The notes beneath the pieces were generated by a model, which worked only from the letters and a program-made list of their open reading frames with translations, had not been told where the DNA came from and did no database searches. Source: Oligoflexia bacterium (GTDB taxonomy: Bacteria; Bdellovibrionota; Bacteriovoracia; Bacteriovoracales; Bacteriovoracaceae). From it: a stretch of DNA of 64,000 nucleotides. The DNA is taken from NCBI GenBank assembly GCA_015232355.1, contig JADFZW010000016.1, positions 33,419-97,418 on the forward strand, read 5' to 3'. Of this stretch, positions 27,574 through 34,813 are shown one piece after another (positions within the stretch are counted from its first letter, which is position 1; every line of letters begins with the position of its first letter). A program made the translations under genes and the position numbers.

Positions 27574-27605
27574 ATGTGCAAAACGTGTGCAAAACATGTG
27601 CAAAG
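27574..27605. promoter_or_regulatory. three tandem 11-bp repeats (A/G)TGTGCAAAAC upstream of the small ORF
   Basis: Reads ATGTGCAAAAC GTGTGCAAAAC ATGTGCAAAG, ending 38 nt before the ATG at 27644. Operator- or iteron-like; function unknown. Confidence 0.35.
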
Positions 27606-27643
27606 ATAAGTAAACCTATCAACAATTAACAAAGGAATATTTA

Positions 27644-27820
27644 ATGAAATCAATTATTGATATTTTAGTCTCCTTAGGTCTCTTAGTAACATTCACTGTA
27701 GGTGTGAATAAATTTTATCATGCCTTAGAAAAAGAATTGGTAATAAAATTAAGTAAAGGACTTCCCTCGCTTTCTCACTTTAACAAAAGATTAACCAGAT
27801 CTCATTTAGATTTGAAATAG
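27644..27820 (+). CDS. 58-aa small membrane protein (not in the ORF track; function unknown)
   Basis: ATG follows AAAGGAA at 7-nt spacing. Translation MKSIIDILVSLGLLVTFTVGVNKFYHALEKELVIKLSKGLPSLSHFNKRLTRSHLDLK has one TM helix and a basic tail. A decayed copy lies at 26094-26224. Confidence 0.45.
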   Translation: MKSIIDILVSLGLLVTFTVGVNKFYHALEKELVIKLSKGLPSLSHFNKRLTRSHLDLK

Positions 27821-27851
27821 TCGTCCTAAAACAATTATAGTAACTATTTGA

Positions 27852-27879
27852 CTATTTTACCGCAAATGCGGTAAAATAG
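27852..27879. terminator. 13-bp-stem inverted repeat CTATTTTACCGCA-AA-TGCGGTAAAATAG followed by CTTTT (terminator of the small ORF and/or operator of the downstream pair)
   Basis: Perfect inverted repeat read in the sequence. It sits between the small ORF and the toxin-like gene. Confidence 0.4.
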
Positions 27880-27930
27880 CTTTTAGTATTATCGCAACTA
27901 TGGTAAGATACAAAACAATTGAGGTTCCAG

Positions 27931-28320
27931 ATGGAAGGGAAATCAGATTTGCATAGGTTGTTAGAAGATAGAACAGTTGATTTGGCCCTTAAGATTAAAA
28001 GAGCTGCGGCAAATGATCTTGAATATTGGGATGGAGAAAAAAATCCTCCAAACTTACCAAGGAAGAGTTTTGAAATATTTCTTGATTATCTAGAAGAAGG
28101 AGATGTGCAGAACTATAGCATTGACTCAAGAACAAGTAGAAAAGGAAAGTACGGCAAAACAGGATTACCATGGATATTTAAATTTGAGCATACCACTCAA
28201 ATCTTGAGTGTTAAAAAAAGATATTTTTGCAAAGGATTTTTTTTTGAAAAATCCGATTTAAGAGGACTCGAGATACAATCTTTTAGAGAAGTCCAGATGA
28301 CCTTAAAAATAATAGATTAA
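27931..28320 (+). CDS. hypothetical protein, possible MqsR-like toxin
   Basis: ATG at 27931 follows GAGG. The C-terminal pattern ...WIFKFEH...YFCKGFFFEK...GLEIQSFRE recalls the MqsR ending (Y-x-K ... L-I-V-S-F-K-E). The toxin-first order matches mqsRA. Similarity is weak. Confidence 0.4.
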   Translation: MEGKSDLHRLLEDRTVDLALKIKRAAANDLEYWDGEKNPPNLPRKSFEIFLDYLEEGDVQNYSIDSRTSRKGKYGKTGLPWIFKFEHTTQILSVKKRYFCKGFFFEKSDLRGLEIQSFREVQMTLKIID

Positions 28321-28332
28321 GTGAGGCAAAGT

Positions 28333-28917
28333 ATGAATAATTGCAACCATGATAAACATTCAAAGAAAGAAATAGTAAAAGAAGTTTTAAAATGCAAGTT
28401 TAAATTCAAAACAATGGTTTGCAATGAATGTGGCCATTATTTGTGGGATAAAGAAGTAGAACAAAAGTTTAACCTCTGGCTAGAAAAACTCTATAAAAAT
28501 AAGCGTGAAAAATTTCAAGTTCAAATTCCTTTATCCGAGAACCTTCGAAAATGTCTCAATAAATTGAGACGCAATTATCCAAGCGTAACAGATACTGATT
28601 TAGTGAGGGCCATTATTATCACTTACCTAGACCATTTATCTACAAATAAAAAACTAATGAAAATGATTAATGAAAACATTACAGAGGAAATAATAAACTC
28701 TTTCGCTGAACCACCATTTTCTTCTATGAAAGTACAATTTAGACCTAAATACACCATCAAATATCTTGAATTAGCAAACATGATTGGATCTACTCAAGCA
28801 AAAGTAATGCAAGATGCGGTCAAGAAATTAATGGCCTTTTTCGTGGCCACGGATAATGAATTAAAAGATTTCTGGAATACTGAAATAAAAAAATACATTG
28901 ATATGCTTGTGGCCTAG
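28333..28917 (+). CDS. zinc-ribbon protein, possible MqsA-like antitoxin with an RHH-like middle domain
   Basis: N-terminal C-x-H...C-x-x-C (NNCNHD...VCNECGHYLWDKEVEQKF) resembles the YgiT/MqsA zinc domain. IPLSENLRKCLNKL...LVRAIIITYLDHL looks like a ribbon-helix-helix. Confidence 0.4.
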   Translation: MNNCNHDKHSKKEIVKEVLKCKFKFKTMVCNECGHYLWDKEVEQKFNLWLEKLYKNKREKFQVQIPLSENLRKCLNKLRRNYPSVTDTDLVRAIIITYLDHLSTNKKLMKMINENITEEIINSFAEPPFSSMKVQFRPKYTIKYLELANMIGSTQAKVMQDAVKKLMAFFVATDNELKDFWNTEIKKYIDMLVA

Positions 28918-28935
28918 ATTTTTAAGTAACTAGAG

Positions 28936-29904
28936 TTATAATGAATTTTTCTGACAGTTATCTTGCAATAAATATCTTTTGTTATCAGACTGAGCGTTCA
29001 CATTTGATGTAATTACTATGGAACAATCAGATCTATTTTTCTTATCAATATTAATATAACTAAATAACATGCTATCATCATCGGTGTTCACCTCTAGTTT
29101 TAACCAGTCACGATTAATTTTACCTGTATAAACCCACTTGTTGGTAGCTTTGGTCTCTAATTCACGATAGTACTTATCATAATATTTACCTTCTCTAGGA
29201 CCTACTACTGAGGGTGAAACGAAGAGTGGAATACCATCAAAGTCAACGAAAGTGGCAACATGTTCGTGACCAACCAAAATTGCATCTATTTTTGTTTTGA
29301 ATTTCTTTAATATAGGTACTAATTTTAAAAAAAATGATTTTTTTTCTTTCCATGTATGCTTTGGCCCTACGTCAGCAGGAGGGTGATGAAAAGCAATTAA
29401 AATCATTTTTTGATTCGCGCTCTCTAATTGATCTTGTATAAATTTCATCTGCTCTTCTATGCGTGTTTTATTTTCTTCATCCGAGTTTAGCACGATGATC
29501 AGTAGATCATTTTCGGGAACTATACTATAAAAATCTCCTGGCATTTTAAAATAATCCATCTCCCTCTTATATCCTTGATTATGATTTCCTACTGCTACTG
29601 CCATAAAATTAAATTCATCTATCCAGCTATTCCAAATGGCCGGATAAGTAGCTGATGAAGTAGCAATATTGGGAGCATTATCACCAACCATAATTAGATT
29701 TTTGATATCTGATTCATGTAGTGAGCTTTGTAAAAATGTTAAATCGGTTGCGTATTGACCAACATCACCGATAATTCCAAATGTATAAACTTTTGAAAAA
29801 GCATTGTCTGCAGTTGCAAGTGATGCAAAAAATATTAACAATGTAAGACCTATAAAATTTGCAATCAAAATTCTACTAACTTTCTTTGTTTTCTGTACTT
29901 TCAT
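28936..29904 (-). CDS. secreted calcineurin-like metallophosphoesterase
   Basis: Has a signal peptide and the motifs GDVGQ, VGDN, GNHN, FHHPP, GHEH in canonical order. Confidence 0.85.
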   Translation of the reverse strand: MKVQKTKKVSRILIANFIGLTLLIFFASLATADNAFSKVYTFGIIGDVGQYATDLTFLQSSLHESDIKNLIMVGDNAPNIATSSATYPAIWNSWIDEFNFMAVAVGNHNQGYKREMDYFKMPGDFYSIVPENDLLIIVLNSDEENKTRIEEQMKFIQDQLESANQKMILIAFHHPPADVGPKHTWKEKKSFFLKLVPILKKFKTKIDAILVGHEHVATFVDFDGIPLFVSPSVVGPREGKYYDKYYRELETKATNKWVYTGKINRDWLKLEVNTDDDSMLFSYINIDKKNRSDCSIVITSNVNAQSDNKRYLLQDNCQKNSL

Positions 29905-30199
29905 AATTTTTTCCTCTCTGTGTTTGTAAGATTGATATTATAGAAAACATACAGAGAAGATACCTTGAAAATTTTAAAATAAACCAGTCAAGCTACGGTT
30001 AATTAATTGTTAGAAATATTAAGATATGATTAATGATATTTATATTAATCTGATCTTAACAAAACGTTGATACAACTTTGATCTGATCTTGATTTGCGAA
30101 ATAACTACTTTCCTTTCACAATAACATCAGTGGTACTTTTATATATAAAAGCTATTTCATTGTGATTTAATTATTATTTAATTTTTCAAGGAGGAATTT

Positions 30200-31198
30200 A
30201 TGATTAATTCATTTAAATTTTACTTTCATGTTTTAAAAAATTGTCCACGATTACTTTTAATAATTATTTCTTTCTTACTCATTCTTTGTAATCACGAAAT
30301 TAATGCCAGAGAAATTAATTGCAATGATCTATCAATCCTAGAAGATGAGACGCGATTAAATGAATGTGCTGTTATTGAGGCCAACAATCATTCAAAAAAT
30401 TTTGATAACTATATTAATTATAGTCAAAGTATTGTCAAATATAAAGGACCTACTCACCAATCATTGGTAGAGATAGCGCTGAAATCTTTTTTCTTATCAA
30501 AAAATAGAATTAATAATATTATTGCTGCCACAATTGTACCAGATGCCCATCCTAACATTATAGCATTATTAAAACATCCATGGACTCATTTGTATATGCT
30601 TAACAAGAGAGGAAATTGGAGTTGGGGTGGGGCCGATAAATATTTTCAAGATAATTTAATTTGTCACAACCAAAATTCAAACTACGAAAATAATAGTTGT
30701 TCTCGTGTTCGAGGTTATTCTGGATTATCTGCAGAATATTATTATCTTCAAAATAATCAAAAAGCAGGTGATTGGTACTTAGGATACGCTGTTCATTTTG
30801 TAACTGATGTATCTACTGTTATTCACTCATCACTACCATCACTAACTCGTCTTGATATATTATTTAAACATACATCCTTTGAACAATGGATTAAAAATAA
30901 TTTTTCAAAAGGACACAATTTCTTAAGCAAAATTCAAAATGAAAAAGAAATTTATCAAATCAATGACCCTGCAGAAGATTTAAAAGATATCGCTGAAAGA
31001 TCAAGTTATTGGACAAGTGATGTCGGTTATAATGTTTGGAATAGTTATGCAGAAAATGGATATCCTGTTAGCGAAGGTACAGGTGATCAGGAACTGGTTG
31101 AGAATACAATAATAATGCTCAAAAATACTCTTAGTTATATTAAAGGAACCATCCAATTTACATTAAATAAGTACCAACAATTGGAATCAAAATACTAA
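30200..31198 (+). CDS. secreted zinc-dependent phospholipase C / P1-nuclease superfamily-like protein
   Basis: Has a signal peptide. THQSLVEIAL, VPDAHPN, HPWTHLY, and GDWYLGYAVHFVTDVSTVIH resemble the His/Asp zinc ligand pattern of that superfamily. Confidence 0.5.
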   Translation: MINSFKFYFHVLKNCPRLLLIIISFLLILCNHEINAREINCNDLSILEDETRLNECAVIEANNHSKNFDNYINYSQSIVKYKGPTHQSLVEIALKSFFLSKNRINNIIAATIVPDAHPNIIALLKHPWTHLYMLNKRGNWSWGGADKYFQDNLICHNQNSNYENNSCSRVRGYSGLSAEYYYLQNNQKAGDWYLGYAVHFVTDVSTVIHSSLPSLTRLDILFKHTSFEQWIKNNFSKGHNFLSKIQNEKEIYQINDPAEDLKDIAERSSYWTSDVGYNVWNSYAENGYPVSEGTGDQELVENTIIMLKNTLSYIKGTIQFTLNKYQQLESKY

Positions 31199-31230
31199 GA
31201 AGAAAATATTAAAATAAGTTGGTATGAGGT

Positions 31231-31325
31231 TGGCAGAAAGAGCAGGAATCGAACCTACCACAGACAGTTTTATCTACCTGCTACTGACTTTGAAGGCCAG
31301 CTGAGACACCAGTCCCCTTCTTTCC
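31231..31325 (-). tRNA. selC: tRNA-Sec-like gene (anticodon UCA, long variable arm, encoded CCA)
   Basis: RNA sequence: GGAAAGAAGGGGACUGGUGUCUCAGCUGGCCUUCAAAGUCAGUAGCAGGUAGAUAAAACUGUCUGUGGUAGGUUCGAUUCCUGCUCUUUCUGCCA. Features: 4-nt D-loop, anticodon loop CUUCAAA, 7-bp variable-arm stem, T-loop UUCGAUU. By eye I get a 7/5 rather than the bacterial 8/5 acceptor/T stack, with G1-U72, so this needs a covariance-model check. Confidence 0.65.
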
Positions 31326-31380
31326 ATTTATGATTTTATCAAAATTTACTTACGGAAAAAATACTGATAGCATTAAACAA

Positions 31381-31617
31381 ATGAATGTCTTATATAAATT
31401 TTTAAATTCTAATTTAATAATTTTTATTTTTTTTATTATCATACTATTTTGCTCAAATTGTTCTCATATCGATAGTGTACCTAGAGATCGCTTAAATCAT
31501 CCATATATGAATTTTAAAAACGATCTTATAACTAAACGTTCTTCCCCTCTAACAGGACTTAATACTTTCAATGAACTCAAAGGAAATGGTTCAGCATGTA
31601 CTACTTGTGCAAAGTAA
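31381..31617 (+). CDS. DUF4266-like small lipoprotein
   Basis: Has a signal peptide with Cys. RDRLNHPYMNF and a C-terminal Gly/Cys tail (GNGSACTTCAK) resemble DUF4266. The start at 31381 is preferred because 31330 abuts the tRNA. Confidence 0.5.
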   Translation: MNVLYKFLNSNLIIFIFFIIILFCSNCSHIDSVPRDRLNHPYMNFKNDLITKRSSPLTGLNTFNELKGNGSACTTCAK

Positions 31618-32633
31618 ATATAACTATTTTACTTTTTCTTTCAATAATCGTCACAACAACAAGTGTAATGGCCGATAATATTGATCTTAGCGCTGGACTT
31701 AAGAGACAAAAAAGCGATATCAAAAGCATCAGTGATCGTACAAGTTCACGAAGTAAAAGTGAGAACATGGCCCTTAAGTATAAGATGGATGAAAGAAATT
31801 CATTTAGCTATACAGGTGTACTATCAATTGAAAAACCTTACTATGATGAACAAATAATAATGAATGAAAATGGTCAAAAAAAATCTCTCTCTGAACTAGA
31901 GAGCAATAGAGTTGTACCTTCACTTAGCAACACCTTAGAATACATTGACAAAAACCAACTAATCTCTACTACTATATCTTCAACTTTGAATAAATCTCCT
32001 TATCGACAATTAAGTGGTACTTTTGGCTACACTCATTTTTTCTTTCTTCGTACAACTGAAATAGGAATTGAGGCATCTTATTTACAACAAAAACAACCAC
32101 GAACTTTTTTTATCAACAATGATTTTAGATTAGAACAACGACCTGAAACTATCTATGCAAATCAACTTAAAATATTTTGGGAGCAAATTTTAAGTAGTGA
32201 TTTTAAAGTAAAAACTGAAATACAAAGTTCTGAAAGAAAAAAAGAGAGGCCTCGTAACTTTGGTGCTGAGGTTTCACTAGCATTGTTTTTGAGTGACCGT
32301 CTTTTTTCTATTTTCAAAGGAAATTATATTACAGAAGGAAAATCACAAACACTTCATGATGAGCGAGGATATTTTTCACTCTATGGAGCAGATTTGCAAA
32401 TTACTTATGAACCAATTTATGATCTCTTTGTTTCAAGCACTTATGGAATTTGCATTGAAGAAGAGAAGGACACCAGATCAAATTTTCGCCAATGGGTGGG
32501 AACTGATACTTATGGATTGGGAGGAAAATATATTATGACTAAAATTTCATTATATTTTCTAGGTTCATTTAGTAACAGCAACACTGGTTCAAACGATATT
32601 AATCTCTCAGGAGGAATTTCTTGGGAAATTTAA
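31596..32633 (+). CDS. DUF3570-like outer-membrane beta-barrel protein
   Basis: Has a signal peptide, alternating beta-strand pattern, and an aromatic near-terminal residue (...GGISWEI). Position after DUF4266 fits the known gene pairing. Confidence 0.45.
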   Translation: MYYLCKVNITILLFLSIIVTTTSVMADNIDLSAGLKRQKSDIKSISDRTSSRSKSENMALKYKMDERNSFSYTGVLSIEKPYYDEQIIMNENGQKKSLSELESNRVVPSLSNTLEYIDKNQLISTTISSTLNKSPYRQLSGTFGYTHFFFLRTTEIGIEASYLQQKQPRTFFINNDFRLEQRPETIYANQLKIFWEQILSSDFKVKTEIQSSERKKERPRNFGAEVSLALFLSDRLFSIFKGNYITEGKSQTLHDERGYFSLYGADLQITYEPIYDLFVSSTYGICIEEEKDTRSNFRQWVGTDTYGLGGKYIMTKISLYFLGSFSNSNTGSNDINLSGGISWEI

Positions 32634-33190
32634 AATTAAAATTAAAATTAAAATTAAAATTAAAGTTAATATTTTTTTTTGCTTTATTAATTTCTTTATC
32701 GATGTCACTCTTTTTTTCATGCGGTTCTCGTATAGATAATGTTTTAAATGACGGAACAAGAGGTAGCTATGCCTTATCATCTAATATTAATTTTCAACTT
32801 ACAACCTACGACAATCAAACACTAGATCTCTCACAATTTAATGAAAAAAACACCGTGATTTTTTTTGGACAATTATATTGTGGCTCTTGCAATGAAGAAG
32901 CACAATCCATAGTGAATTCACTAACTGATAAGACAGTAGCGCCAACCAACGTTCATCTAGTTTCAATATTAGTGGGTGCCACTTTAGAAGAAGCACAATG
33001 GTGGAAAACATATTATCAAGTACCTTGGTCTGTGGCCATTGATGGAACAACATCAACTTTAACTTCTCTTTGTCCCAAGAGAGTGGTTCCATGTATCGTG
33101 ATCTATAAACCTAGCGAAGGAATTGTATTAAGACATATTGGAACAATGTCTTTAACCGAAATAGAAAATATTTCCGGATCAATTAATTAA
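32621..33190 (+). CDS. TlpA/ResA-like thioredoxin-fold lipoprotein
   Basis: CxxC active site in FFGQLYCGSCNEEA. Lipoprotein-like leader ending FFSC. TTG start, with the n-region (KL)6 encoded by (AAATTA)n. Confidence 0.65.
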   Translation: MGNLKLKLKLKLKLKLIFFFALLISLSMSLFFSCGSRIDNVLNDGTRGSYALSSNINFQLTTYDNQTLDLSQFNEKNTVIFFGQLYCGSCNEEAQSIVNSLTDKTVAPTNVHLVSILVGATLEEAQWWKTYYQVPWSVAIDGTTSTLTSLCPKRVVPCIVIYKPSEGIVLRHIGTMSLTEIENISGSIN

Positions 33191-33252
33191 AAATTAATTC
33201 TTGTATAATTTATAATTAACAACAGTATTTATATATTTATAGTATTTAAATC

Positions 33253-33972
33253 ATGGAGGATTTTGTGTTTAATATTTTTCAATATCCATTAATAATTATT
33301 CTATCAATGATATCCATATTATTAACAGGATGTAGTAGTAGTGATAATTCATCTGCTGGATCAGGAACAAGTGCTACTACCACTAGCAACTGTATTCTTT
33401 ATTCAACTACATTATGTTCAAACTGTGTGGCCCTTAAAAACCAACTAAATGCAGAGAGTATCTCTTTTACTGAAAAATATACTGATACTAGTGTCTCAAA
33501 TTATAATGAAATGCTTGCTAAAGTTCAAAAAGCTTCATGGTACACATCTGGTATGGCCGCAACTTATCCTATTGTTGATGTTAAAGGTACAATATTGGAA
33601 AACCCCACTGTTGCTACAATAAAAACTTATCTCGATAGTAGAGAAGAAAATTTTCTAACAAAAAATGAGTTTAATAATTATTGTATTTATTATTCCTCTT
33701 CATCTGTTGATTGCCCATCTTGTGCCACCTTCAAACAACAATTAATTAACTCAAATATTTTTTGTAAAGAAAAAATTATTTCTGATAGTGATGTGAATGA
33801 AGAAAATTATAATGAATTGCTAGAGAAATTAAATAATAATCAAAATATTTCAAATGATGATTATATTTTTAATAGTAAAATGTTTTTAATAAATCCAATA
33901 ATTGAGATTAATGGCCAGTTATTGATTAATCCATCACTTGAGCAAATTGAATTATGGAATGAGCAGCTCTAA
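33253..33972 (+). CDS. lipoprotein with two glutaredoxin/NrdH-like CxxC domains
   Basis: Lipobox LLTGC. Two similar modules occur (LYSTTLCSNCVALKNQL... and YYSSSSVDCPSCATFKQQL...), each ending INGQLL / VKGTIL like Grx folds. Confidence 0.5.
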   Translation: MEDFVFNIFQYPLIIILSMISILLTGCSSSDNSSAGSGTSATTTSNCILYSTTLCSNCVALKNQLNAESISFTEKYTDTSVSNYNEMLAKVQKASWYTSGMAATYPIVDVKGTILENPTVATIKTYLDSREENFLTKNEFNNYCIYYSSSSVDCPSCATFKQQLINSNIFCKEKIISDSDVNEENYNELLEKLNNNQNISNDDYIFNSKMFLINPIIEINGQLLINPSLEQIELWNEQL

Positions 33973-33973
33973 T

Positions 33974-34660
33974 CTACAGCCACAATTGAAAACCAAGTCC
34001 CACTAAAATTTCAGTGGTTTTTAATTTATTTGAACCAACTGACTCATTTGAAGCATTCAAACCCTTCGAAGTTAAACTTAATGTTTTATATTGAATAAAG
34101 ATACTTGCTGGTTTATAGGAAACAATTGAGAGTGATAACGCCCAACCAGTTCCCTCATCATTAGATCTTGTAACACCAGATTTAGTATTACCATATTCAT
34201 ATATTGCACTAAAATAATATGTGGCCATAAGCATGACCGGATTAATTCTATTGTAATAACCTAAAATGATACCTTTGTTTGTTCCCTTAAAAGTTCCCGA
34301 ATATTCATCTTCTCCAGTTAATTTAGGCGACGTCAACTTCAACTGAACTGACGGCGACATGCTATATTCTCCCCCTATTAATAATGGACTTGTATCTGAC
34401 TTATAAACCAACCTCGCTCCAATATTTTTTGTACTAAGGTCGAATTTAGCACTCTCAACTGTTAAACTGGTCTTTCAACCAGAAACAACTTGTATCTGAG
34501 TTTCAGCAGAGCCACTGGTAGATAAAGAAACAAAAGGTTCAATAAAAGCATCACCCCAAACATTCTTATTTATAATAATACTAGAACTACTAAAGATAAT
34601 AACAAATAAAATTAATCTTATAATCACCCACTTGTGTCTGGGTACTTGTGGTGTTCTCAT
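33974..34660 (-). pseudogene. outer-membrane beta-barrel protein gene interrupted by one in-frame TGA (34475-34477)
   Basis: ORF 34475-34660 carries the signal peptide. ORF 33974-34411 plus 21 upstream sense codons carry the barrel (...LVGLGFQLWL). Both are in the same frame, separated only by TGA. Confidence 0.5.
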
Positions 34661-34813
34661 ATTCCCTCCATTTTTTTTACGAGTTATATCAAGTTATATC
34701 AAGTTATATCTATATTTTTATTTCCATCCTGACTAAATCAACAGATATCTTTTCGTAACAAAAAAAATTAAATTTAGATTTTTTAAGAAAAATTTAAGAA
34801 TTTTTTAGGAATT

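Noticed and set aside
34475-34477. Genome-wide reassignment of TGA (code 4/25)
   Set aside because: TGA terminates well-conserved proteins at their expected ends, for example FlgL ...HFLR at 345-347 and the MNT protein at 1979-1981. No other conserved gene here needs TGA read-through.
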